64,000 bases of DNA from Puccinia triticina (taxonomy: Eukaryota): NCBI GenBank assembly GCA_026914245.1, contig CP110440.1, forward strand, positions 1,364,001 to 1,428,000, written 5' to 3'. The notes beneath the pieces were generated by a model, which searched no databases, was not told the DNA's origin, and saw only the letters and a list, made by a program, of their open reading frames with translations. How positions within the stretch are numbered: position 1 is the stretch's first letter; every line of letters starts with the position of its first letter. Position numbers and translations under genes: made by a program. Positions 33,729 through 45,858 of the stretch are shown here, piece after piece.

Positions 33729-36700
33729 CCAGTGGATGTTCATTCACCCACCTGCAGCCATTCATATCCAAGTGTCCTTAGTACAGTGGTTGGTACACTT
33801 GACATGGGTTCAACTCCCGTAGGACACATAATATTTTATGGAGTTTCACACCTGGATGTCCAGGAAGCTCATTGGATATGTATAGCTTCATTGGCAGCTT
33901 GTATCTGCCTCCGTTCAAATTTTGTGTGAAAATCAAACAGAGTGAATGCCTTTCTTTCCTGTCCTTGAAAGGACGGGCAGAAACAGCCTTTTTGATTGTT
34001 CCATGCAAAACAATCTGCTGAAAATGATCCATTGAGCTTCCTGGATGTCCAGGAAGCTCATTGTATATGTAGCTTTGTTTGCATGGCTGTTTCAGCCCTT
34101 CCAAAACATGTATCCATCTCTGTTTGATTTTTGCGCGAAAATCATGGAGGAGGCAGCCTGTGGTATGAGGAGGATCGACTAATCAACCCCATGGCCCTGG
34201 TCGGAGCTGGGAATCCACCAACAACGCCGCCAGGGGAAACCTAGCTCCACAATGCCCTGGCCGGAAGACAACGCCACCTTGACCAACCGGGGTGAGGCAC
34301 CAGGTACCAACAAAGGGTAGTTACGCTACGTGCAATGCGTAGATAACGTTAACGTAACAGAATTTTTGTCGTTATCTACACGTTACGCGTAATGGCGGTG
34401 CAATTACATTATTGCACCACATTAAGCCGTTTTTTTTATTTATTCTCATTGCGTTATCCAGGCGTGAGGAGCCCCTGATAACGGGCAAAAAATGAGGCTA
34501 AAAAAGCCTTGAATGGTCCGTTAATGCGTTATCCAGGGGATAACGCAATAACGGGCCTCAAAAATGAGGCCCATTACGTTACGCACAGGGCCTGAAATGA
34601 CCTCGTTACTAGTAAAGTAACAGGGGGGCCCAGATAACGGGGGTAGCTACCACCAGGGGGGAATTGGTGGCACTCTCTGGAGAGTGCCAGACCATAATTT
34701 ATGTGGGGAAGTGCTCCATAAGTAAGCCATGGCCTCATGTGTGACTATGTCATGAGTCAGCTGCATGTTGTGTTGATCTGATGCCTATCTTCATCTTATG
34801 TTCATGCATGAAATCTGGTAAGTGAAATTTACCGGATGACCATTGGTAAGTCATTTTTCAATCATTTCCACTTTGGCTTCCTTGAACCACCTGTGGGCCC
34901 CATGTGCAGATTCTGTAGTAGCTTGTCAACACAGATCAACTTGCAAGAAGAAATCATGTCCACAGGTGGCAACATCTCACCGTTCTATGGGGTAAGTGGA
35001 GGTCATTTCTTCTTTCCAAGATAGATAGCCAAGCCAATTGAAAGATCAAGGATTGGTGATGTGCTAAAATAAAACACATGACATGCATAGGGCCAGAGGA
35101 AAGGTGGAATCAATTGTGGAATTAGGTCATATTAGTAACATAAGTAAAAACTCATCAACCAGAAGATTACAATCTCCAGCAGCATCATTGGTGATACACA
35201 ATTCCTGTCTGAGAAGTTGAATTCACACAGTCCATTCCTGATGTAGAGGAATGGTATTTGTAGAATTCATCCAGTTGATATGTGTTTCTCCTGCAAAAAC
35301 TAAACTATGACAGCACAAAAAGCTCCCCTTGGCTCCCTTCATTCAGGACAAGGAAGGTGAAATCCACACAGCACTGTGTCATCTGATACTAATTCCGCTG
35401 TATGTTCAGGTTTTATCCTCCAAGTAAAAATGGATCTTTGGCAGAATGCATCCAGGTTACTGCTTTCTGACATTAAGTGACCTCACTGTGAGACAAGCAA
35501 CATGGTCCTGGATTGGATATATTGTCTTGAGTGCATTGTGGAGTGAATCCTGGATGGCCGACCACTTCACTTCCACCCTCCTGCCTGCACAACCCAACTT
35601 TACCCCATTCTTGAATGTCTAAGCCCTCCTCCTCCTCCATGTGTCACGTAAAAATTCTAAGTGAAAAAACCGCAAGATCAAGGAAGATGATGCATATTGG
35701 GCTGTTTCCATACTTAAAATACTTAAATAGCTAGAGGGCATGATTGCTAGCAATGAGCAAGGCAGTTTCATAATTTGGAGATGGGAAAAATGGGTTCATG
35801 CAGGTTATATAACAAGGGTAAGAAAAGCGGGAACCATACACCGGGTAACCATGTCACCGCCATCCATGGTCGGACCACAATCAATCTACCCCTGGCAAGT
35901 GCCCCCAGAATACCATGAAGCATTGCCAACTCAACAAGCTAGGTCAGATCAGACGCGTCGTTATTGTGTGATTATAACACTGAAAAGAAGATGGGATAGG
36001 CAGTATCACAATAGAGCCCCAACTATGTTGCAGCCATGATCTCACCCTGTATAATCCCTGCTTGATCTGGGATTATATAGCCGGAAAGGGGAAGGATAAC
36101 ACGGTGAATTCCATGGGTATTGGGAAATAATGAGCAGGCAAATTGTGTGAAGAAGCTATGTTGCCATCTTGGGACCCTTCCATTGCCAATATTCAACAAG
36201 AACCATATCTACTTTCTTGTTCAGGTCACTACCACAGGACTTCTGGGAGCAAGGTGTACTATTTTGTGGACTTCACTCCTGCCAAATCAATCTCCTTCAA
36301 AACCACTGTGGAATTGTTGATCTCCTTACTGGGTAATCAGCAGATGTCTGAAAGTCAAGGAGAGGGTTTCCTATTGTTCTAGATCTTCGGTGGCTTTTAA
36401 TTGAGCCTGAATGCATGAGTGTATAGCCTCCAAGTAATAAATTTCATGGAGAGATGCTACTATTGCTTATATCCAAGCTACTTATGGGTGAAAGATCATC
36501 GAAGTGGCAGCTTGAGCAAGTTGTTGGCACGAGATAGAAATCAAATCCACTCCCTCCCTCCCCTTGTACTTCAAATTACACACAGGGAAAAACAACATCT
36601 GTAAGACGCATCTGCCAGGCATTACTCCAAAACCTTCAAGCACCACGGCAAAAGTGATGTCGAGATGGGTTGATTTGGACAGGCAGCACAACATCTAGCC

Positions 36701-37909
36701 CTTTCTAAGCTTTGCTTATGCCTCAATCCGTCAGCATGGAAAGTTGATCAGCTGCTGCAAATCGGGGAAGTGCGGATTTCCTGGTGTATCTATTCTGTGG
36801 GGCCCATTGAGCCCTTGACAATGTGCTTGAGCAAGTGCCGGATGGGAATATACACCTGTTGCTGCCTGCCCCTGTACAACCTCTTCACTTTGACCTGGGA
36901 TGGCTGGCTCCGACAGAGGTGAATTGCAGGGCTCCTCTTGGACCTCTCTGGAAATCTCGGGCAAGGATCAACAATCAATCCCCCCAAATGTTGGCAACCT
37001 TCCCTCCTGACCCAGTTAGAGGATCTGTAGAAGGTGGATAGATGTCTATGGCTGAACGGAGATGTGAGTTCTGTTCAGACTGTATGATTTCTAGTTGTGC
37101 CTTGGCTGGAAGTGCCACCGGAGACTCAGGTCCGGGTGGTGGACTTAGGATGGCGGCTGAGGTGGAAGTCATGCCATAGCGGGTGTGCAGTTTTTGTGAA
37201 TTAGTGACTTAGCAAGTTCTGCTGTTGGCTCCCAGGCCCACTTCAGACAAGCTGTATCTGATCATAACCATTCAGGGTGTCTCAGGAATTGGGTTGAGGG
37301 CAGAGGGTGGAGCAGCCGTGGATCGCTAGTAGCTTGACTATGATTCACAACGGCGGGGCCCAAATTCTGACCTTGTCAGCAACGGAACAGTCCCACAGCA
37401 ACCACCTGTCACAGAAGTCTACCATAATGAACGGCCGGACATTACGGTGGACATAGACGAGGTTTCCCCCCCCCCCCCCCCCCTGGCCTGCGTTTTTAGG
37501 GATCAGGTGAATATGAAGGACCTGCAGAAGTTGGCCTATGAAAGGATTGCGGGGCCAACAGGCAATCAGGGCAGTTCAACCCTTCCCCAAATACGGACAT
37601 ACATCAGACCATGACACCATTCTTCTTTCGCGCTTGGCAGGATGTGTTTGGGTGAGTCAAAGGGTGGTGGGGACGTATCCTCACTGTTTGAATGCAAGAA
37701 AGGGGAAACATCTCCCAGATGACATACATGGGTAAACAGCGAGCACAAGATGCTTTCCCTTTGTTTCAGTTCCAAGGGCATGATTGGCCAACACCGGTCA
37801 TATGACTCATTCTGGGCTGATGAATCTGCGACAGTGGTCCTCTCTGTTGTCTCCCTGATCTGCCTCACTGGTTTGGTTCCTCTCACCCTGCGACATCAAT
37901 ATCCTCAGC

Positions 37910-38690
37910 ATGATCGAGCTTGCCGGCAATATCCATATGTCAAACACAAATCAGGATGATATACGTGGTGTAGACAATGAGATCCATATCAAGACTTGCA
38001 TCGTGTCTTATCAGCTCCCCTCCGATGTCGTCAGGTCAGCGCACCAACAGTACAACGTTGTGCTTAAGTCAACTTCAGCCGACGTGCCAGCCATTCTATA
38101 CGACTTCTGCACTCAAGTTTTCTTCAGCGGCCAACTCATTGTTCATCCCGATTCGAGGCCCCCCACGATTCTAGTCGAACGTTTCAGATGGCAGGTCCAC
38201 CGGGGACACTTTCCACTCGCCCATGAATTTGAGGATACCCACGCCTCTGGTACAGCTTATGTAGTTAAAGTCCATATGAATCCGATTGTCGGTTGTGTGC
38301 GGTTTGTTGAAGTTGTTAATCCAGAAATGAAGGTGGTAAGTGTGCTTCTCTTGTTTAGTCAAAACCCTCTGCATTTCTTTTGCTCTTGTTGGCTAGTTTT
38401 GATTGCAAGTCGCGGGCACTGACTTGGAACTATAGGGCAAGTGTGGTCACATGAAGCTGTCGGCTACAAATGCCCTGGTACACGAGCGCTTTCAAACTCT
38501 TCGCCGGGGGGATACTATAAGGTTTGGTGGGATCACAGCAAATGAATCAAGTAACGGAAGCAGATTACTGGCCATAAGGGTACGCTGTATACACCCGCGG
38601 TTTCAGTGCCTTGGAAGGAGGACTGACATATTCTACAGGTCGAGTGTGCCTCCAAGCTTGAAAGAGTTGATAAGACCACCTACCAATTAA
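37910..38690 (+). CDS. Hypothetical beta-rich protein inside the CACTA element (multi-exon)
   Basis: 170-aa ORF with GTAAGT donor at ~38336 and AG acceptor at ~38435, continuing into the 38451 ORF. No recognised family. Confidence 0.45.
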
Positions 38691-39304
38691 GAGCCAACCC
38701 GAAGAGACGTTTCAACCTCCGAGTAAGCGATTGGAACAGACCTGCAAGGACGAGACGAGTCCAGCGGAAGAAAATCCATTGTCCTTGATTCCAGGCTCTG
38801 GATCCGATAGGCCACAGTAGATCATATCCTGAGTTGCACACATATGCCCGAATACTTCCTTCGCACCCTTGGAATTTGTTCCTGCTCGTCCCGACCCTTG
38901 AGATCCATCTTTGTTTGTTCTCTAATTGGTGGCATGTGTCGGCAGCAACAATCACACTGCTGGCTGTTTGAAATTAAGCTTGTGTTGTTGGGCAGCTGCA
39001 TCTATGTTCTGCTCAATTGTATGATTGAGATCAAGCTTTGATCCTCTGGAGCAGTGCAGTGTCAACTTATGTGAAATAGTATTCAAGCAAACCTCCGCAG
39101 GGCAACACCAAAATCATTGGCACAGTGGGTTTACATCTCTTCTGTGTATTTTTCATATCTCACGGAGAATGGGTGGGTAAAGACAGCATCAAAAGAAGAA
39201 ATTTTCGCCTTATTTACAATTCAGCGATGTTCTCCTTCAGTAAGAATTGGGACAAAGATACATGCGCTCAGGTGCACTCGCAAGTTCTAGTTAACAACAT
39301 AGGT

Positions 39305-41848
39305 TTATTTACGTGTAATTTGATGGGGGGTGTGTGGCATAAGAAAGGGAGAAGTAGGTTTCAACGTATTCCAATGATTAAGGAAGTCGGTAGTTATTGC
39401 CTGGGCAAGCTGGTATCGGGTGGGGACTTGGACCGAGGCAAGAGAGCAAAGCTTGTCCGGAGACTGGAAGACAGGAGCGAGCATCTTGACCAGAAGTGCG
39501 GAAAGGCTACGCCAAATGGTTTCTTTGCAGGTGTGTGACGTTGAAGAGTGCTGCTTGATGATAGAGATTGCCTGAATGAATGACATGCACGTCAACACTC
39601 CAGCTATGCGATGATCCCGTGATGTAATGAAGAGTCCGCGAACTCCAGCAAGGATGAAGTAAACAAGGGGCTGGAAGTTCTGCTTATTCTGATACTTTTG
39701 GAGCTTTTGGACTGCTGCTTCGGGGAACTGAGTCAGAGCCGATGGATCCGGCTCGGTAGGAGAGAGTTGTTTGTCTGAGTTGTTGGTGGAAGCTTGATTG
39801 GCACGGGTGTTTGCCTTCTTTTGCGCTGCCGTCAAGGGAGCCTCGCTCAGGGAGTGCGTTTGCATTATGATATAGGCCATCAGAACATCTATGATAACGT
39901 TGCGGAAGTCATGAAGGAGATCGACGGAGTGCATGCGCTGGTTGGGCTGAAGAGAACGGTTGCTCTGATCTGAGGGCGGGTCGAAGGTGGATGATGAGTT
40001 TTTCAAAGTGTCGAGGTAACAAAGTGCTTCGACGCCCCTTGTGACGTGATCGTCCGTTGGTTGGGAGTTGATTGGTGGCGGGATGAAAAAACTACCAGCC
40101 ATCAGTTCAACGGAGGCGGCGACAACCTTGGCCCATTCGGCGGTGACGTATTGGGGGGGGTAGTGCAATCGGTACAAGCAACGGACAAGAGTGGACTCCG
40201 GGTGTTGAGTTCTTTTGAAAGGGGGAATGAAGGAGCCAGGCGCGAGGTCATTGTTCTTATTGCCGAACTCAGTTAGCAGTGGGAAGTCGAGCAAATCCGG
40301 GCAATACCACTGCTCCTGATGAGAGGGGCTGAGGAATTCATTGGCTGAGGTAGAAGGAGACTGTCAGCTGTTGTAAATCAAGTCGCACCATCGACCAGCA
40401 GTCAAACTCACCCAGAGATGTTATTGTCTGGATCCAAGAGGAATAGGAGCAGGAGATGCGTCCCAATTGGAAGGAGGGAGCGGCCAGAGGTGGATTGTGC
40501 AGACCCTGGGCGCAGTTTTCGAGCAAATGGGAGAGAGAATTCCAAGTGGCCACATACTTGGACCAGGACGGTTTCGATCCAGCCCACTCCTGAGTGATAG
40601 AAACCACTTGTGCTCGGATCTGGTCAGACTTAATGATCGTGAGGTGAGGAAGTGGAGAGGTGGCGGTCTGTTCGGATGATTCAGTTGGACGCTGATCAGT
40701 ATGAGTTGTGGTCGAATTCGAGGGACCACTAGCAGCAGGAGTGGGGCCATGCTCAGCCGTAGGAAGCGGGAGGGATTGAGGCTCCCCGGATGTCTGATTC
40801 GCTGTAGCGTCTTTGTGAGGCGCGGGGGATAGGGATTGCTGGGGGGCCAAACCGTGTTCGGAAGTAGTTGATCCCTTGGCGGTGGGATCGCTCAATCAAG
40901 GGTGTGTGGAAGCGTCTGGTTGCGCACCACCGGGCAGTGTGACTTGAGATGGGTCGTCGTCAGGTCTGGCAAGACGTAGATTTTGGCTAGTTTTGTCGGC
41001 AACGGCGTTGGGCTGCTGGTTGCCGAGGGCTGCCCGAAAGGATGGCTCAGCGCCGGCGGGGACCACGTCTTCCCAGGAGAATTGGTCCTTGTCCAGCGAG
41101 TTGGTAGGTGGGAGGCCGGCTAGGGTTGTCTGAGGAGTCATGATTGGCGCTAGGGAAGTGCTGGCCGATGCTGGGGTCTTGTCAAGGAGATTGACCACCT
41201 TAACCGATTTCTCCTTTGGTCCTTGTTTGATGGGTGGCCGCTTGTGGAATGGCTTCCCCATTGAAACCGCTGTGGTTGAGGGGCTGGTGGGTTGGGCAAT
41301 TCTGATATCCTCGTCATCGGGGACAATGCCGGTTTGTTCCCATTCTGTAGGGAGAAGGTGGGTGGTGAGTTGCAAGGCATTGAATTGGTGGATCATGAGG
41401 ATACAGGACGACCCACTTTGTCTGCTCCGTCTGATGGAAAATGCTAGATCTTGAGCTTTGCGTTTGCAGCTACGGGGTAACTTGAGGGCAAGGATTGCTA
41501 GAGCTTGTTGCTCGGCAGCTCCAATGCTGCGATCAAACTCATCCGCGGTAATCTCCTGGATCTCGGTTGACAGAATGGATTCTTGAGGTTCAAGGGAGGC
41601 GGAGGATACCGACGGGAGGTTCTGAAGGGCAAACTGGGAGAATGAAGGTGGGGCGGTCGGAAGCCCCGGATAGTTCTTACGGAGGTCCTGTTCAGCTGAT
41701 GCAACGCCAAATCAGCTTTGGCACGGCAGGACAAGCAGGAATGGCTGAGATTTGACTTACTGGGAGGTGGAGTGGCAGACAGCCGATCACTGGTAGGAGG
41801 GGTGGGTGTAGACTGGTCGGACGGGTTTGATGGAGGGCGATCACTCAT
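39305..41848 (-). pseudogene. Large hypothetical cargo gene (P/S/T-rich N-half, helical C-domain), disrupted
   Basis: Consecutive minus-strand ORFs 41848-41498, 41396-40896, 40895-40338 and 40294-39305. The middle two are in frame and separated by a single TGA. Confidence 0.6.
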
Positions 41849-43667
41849 GTTGGTGGGTGTGGATTAAATCTGAAGAGGAAGAATGGGTTTGAGAGTGGCG
41901 GAATGTGGGGAAAGCGGAGGAAAATGAGTGGGCAAAAGAGCGAGGGCAGGGTCAGGAGAACCCGGTATTTATGGGCGACAGAAGAAGGGGGCACTTGTCC
42001 TTTGTGGGGCCCCAATTGTATGGGAGCTGTGTGGGGTCACTTTCAACTTCTCCCTTTGAGAAGATCTACAAGAATGTTGGCTTTGGGTGACCAAATACCC
42101 CGCTGCTGATGATGGCTTCCCTTATTTGCACATGATGATATGTAATTGGGCAAGCGTGACGCACGCTGAGCATGGGAGATCCGTTCCCACCCCCATGCTC
42201 AGCGTGCACAATGTGGCTCCTCCCGGTGATAGGCCAGGGATCAGAGATCCTTGATCAGGGCAATGATATTGCGGGGTGAGGACGTGACTTGGTTCAAGGG
42301 CAGCGCGGCCGGATCTGTGCTGTGGCAGGGTAAATGTAGGGGGAGGACTGAGCATGTATGTAGCACTTGGTGCTGCATGCTCAGTCTTCCAGATGTTCTA
42401 CCAAACGTCACAGTGGACAACATAGTTGCCTAGATTATCCGTAGTGTGACACCTTGGCAGCGTGGCGACGGCTTGGGTCAGCAGGTGGATAGATCTTGAA
42501 GTGGTGAATGAGCTCCCTGGGCAGGCGTTGACAGTGGGTCCTGCAGTTGGATCCTTTGGTACGCGGAGAATAGCACAACTTGGGTGTCGAGATGATTCAG
42601 GCACGCCTGAAAGCTCATTGGGGTGGGGCCTTGGTAGGCTTGATCTGCCACATGGTTGAGACATCAGGCCCGGCTGATCATTTGGCATTTGTCCACCCTG
42701 ACGTTCGGCCGAGCGTCATGGTGTGCATCAGATGCCGGCTGGCGTGGACAAGTCACAAGCACATATCACAACCCCGCCACCGATTGTTGGTGCTTCAGCC
42801 GATCTCTGTATAACTCTGACGGCCCCACATGACCCTATCAATGCGCACCCACAGCATTATTGGCAGCGGTGCTTGGGTTTGGGAGACACGTGAAGCCGAC
42901 CCAACTGCATTGCGGAAGGAGCGATGATTGAGCGCAGTGCCTCTGGTGGTGCTTATCAATCATTACTGACACCGATGCGAGACAACCAATGAAACCAGAG
43001 GGTTGTGCACCGCACACATTGTGGGCTCCCCACCCTCTTCAGCCATAACATGACCCACCAGCTAGCCAGGAGGTCCCATCTTGAGCGTGTTTGGGTAGAA
43101 TAGGAAGGGCAGATGAAGACTGGGAATGTGGCCCCGTGTCGGGGACCAATGATTGCTTGTGCAAGCAACCTCACTCCGGTGGTGAAGGGCTGCCCCGGCC
43201 AACACCCCAAATTCATGAACCCACACCTCTCGCGTGGCCTGTAAACGCGTGCGCAAAGGAGCAACTCCATCGGCTCTTGGGTGATGAGATGTCATTGCTG
43301 TAGGCAGCGAGGGTGATAGGTGCGCCGCAGGAGGGGTGACATCCTGTGCTTGTCCACCCGGACCTTCGGCCAATGGTTGTGGTGGACAGCGTATAGGGCA
43401 AGAACCCGGTCATGCCCACAGTGCCCACATGGTTGTCTCCCCCAACGTTTGGCCGGACGTGAGGGTGGCCTCGGAGTCCTGCCTCTGCCCGAGGGCCATG
43501 TAGCAAGGATGGGTGGAAAGTCAGCCTGAGCCTCACTCAGGGGTGACGCGTGTATTGTCATTGTCTCTGAGGGCACTCATAAAGAGGTTACAACTACAAG
43601 ATTTATATAAAGGGAATTATGAATTATACCGCTTCGTGGAGGCTCCATCCCTGCATGGGACAGCCCT

Positions 43668-45790
43668 TCAAGTGTCCACCTGCATCATGCCCGTCGATAT
43701 CACAGCGGGATTTGGAGCTGACCCACTGGGCCCCGCCGGTCGTAGGCCGGTGGAATTTGGCGCTTGGGCGGATGAACTCGTGCCAGTGGTGCTAGTGTGT
43801 CGGAAGCAGATATCTTCTAGGTTTTTTGCGATCGTACTGAGGTCTATTGCTGCTACCGTCGACACAGTCTCCTGCTCATAAGTGCTGAGTTTCGACCAGT
43901 ATTCTTTCCTATAGCAATTGAGCGGCAATCCTCGGGCGACTCCAATGATTCCCTTTGTTGGTTTGAAGTTGCGTTGTGAGCGAGGATACATCTTGGCATG
44001 GGTTGCAATTGTTTGGCGGTGCTGTGCCTGGGCTTGGACCATCTTGTCGATGCAGTGGAGGATTGTCGTGAGGTCGTCGCTCCGCCATTCAGGCACAAGG
44101 CTGATCGGGTGGTTATTTGGGCCGCCATCTTCTATGTCAGAGCCGCACTCTTTCTGCTCCACGATGTGTGCCAGCGCGATATTTTTGGGAAACAGCTTGT
44201 CTACTGCTCCGCATCTGTTTTCCTTGATCTGCGTTTTGCGAGATGATGATTGGTCAATATACAGATTTGCAAGGCCGGGAAAATCTCCTCTCTGGATCTC
44301 GGAGTTACTTACCTTCTTCTTCCAGCGTTGGTATTGTCCCTTCGCCGATTTCTCGCCCTTCATCTGATTGTACACGTCAAGCGGCATATCTTGATAGTCC
44401 CGCAGCTCTTGTGCTTTAGTCTGGAGCCACCGATGGATGATCGCCGGGGCTTCGCCGGCTTGCGCGTCACTGACTTGGGTTGTTCAGCGAATCCACTCGA
44501 CAGCCTTGACAGCTAGTAGCTCAACAACTGCTGAATTCCATCCAGAGCTGTCCCCCGGTCCCTTCGCCCATTCAAAGGTCATCCTACTTATGCCCGCGAA
44601 TGCCAGGGACCTTTCGACATCAGCTTGGGTTTGGGGGCTGATTGGCTTGCAGCCTTTGGCTGCACGTTTGACAACAACCGAAGTGAATGGTGGTGAGACC
44701 GCATGGCGCCGTATCTCTTTTTCGGCAGTGGCAACAAAATGGTCGATTTCCGCGGGGCTCTTGCCGGATAGTGCTTCACGAAGTCGATCAAGCTGGTTTA
44801 TTATAGCCTGACTTCTCTTTTCAACCCAGTATAAATCGGCTAGTTCTTTTTCAGTAGGAGTTCGGGGGTAATCTTGTGGTTTTTCCGGATAGCCAAGGAA
44901 AAACTTGACAAATCCTTGGATATCCCGCGAATATTTGTTGCAGTGCTTGGTGAGCGCGCCCTTTTCAGCTATTCCTTTCGCACAACGCCCGGATTGTTGT
45001 TTGCCGTTCATCTCCTCCGCTTCCATCCTCCCTTTCCTAGCATTCTCCACTACAAACTTTGGGTCCAATCGTGAGCTATTGCCGACCTCCACTGGTTTAT
45101 TCTGGGCCTCCCCACGACCACCACCTAAAAAAGAGGCAACAGATCAGCTGACTCGTGCTGTAATTTTAATTGCTGGGTACATTCTCAGATAGGACCTTGA
45201 CTTGCCCTCAGCATCGGTGTTCATCGCGGATTGACCCTCCGGATTCGTGGCCCTATCTTTAAACTCGGGGACCAGACGATCAACCAGGGCAGAGATCCAT
45301 TGGACGTCTTGATCAGGACTGGGGGGGGGATGACCCTGCTGATCAGCGGGAGTGGTTGGGTTATTTATCTACGAAGTGTGTATGGCAGTAGTGGGCAGGG
45401 CCACCAGAGGCTAGGTCGATGGTGGTGAAGAAGGCCGTGGGATGGATCTGCTTGGGGGGAATGTGTGCCTGTTGTAACTTATAATCCAACCTGAAAAGAT
45501 CAGAAACAAAGCTGGGGCCCAATGGGGGAATAAATATGTTGCAACTTAGGCGGAACAATGCAATATCTGGATAATTATAAAGTCAAGACACAGTTGCAGC
45601 CGAGATACAACAGAAGAAGGAAAGAAGTTGGTCTGGGATCGGGTAGCCCTCGGGAGAAGAGGATGACCTCTTGAAGGCGCCCACCCCTTCTAATTGTGCC
45701 CTCCGCGGCTGGCCGAAAAACCTTCCCCGCAGACGCAACTGCTCCCCTTGATCCCTTTCTACAAGGAGTCTTCGACGAGGCTCTCCCAGC
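43668..45790 (-). pseudogene. Cargo ORF family paralog 1 (WN / HRW / SD.E / WRS / LPxNCY motifs)
   Basis: ORFs 45092-44484 and 44387-43668 are in frame with one TGA at 44484. Likely upstream exons to ~45790 (approximate). Lies directly downstream of the transposase on the same strand. Confidence 0.65.
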
Positions 45791-45858
45791 CCTTCGGGGA
45801 CCCACACAGGCACAAACAATCATGATTAGGCACTGAGAAAACAACAAACAGAGGCCAT

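Noticed and set aside
41900..43600. Many overlapping short ORFs inside the CACTA element
   Set aside because: GC-rich DNA yields ORFs in all frames. I could not support any recognisable motif or consistent splice model.
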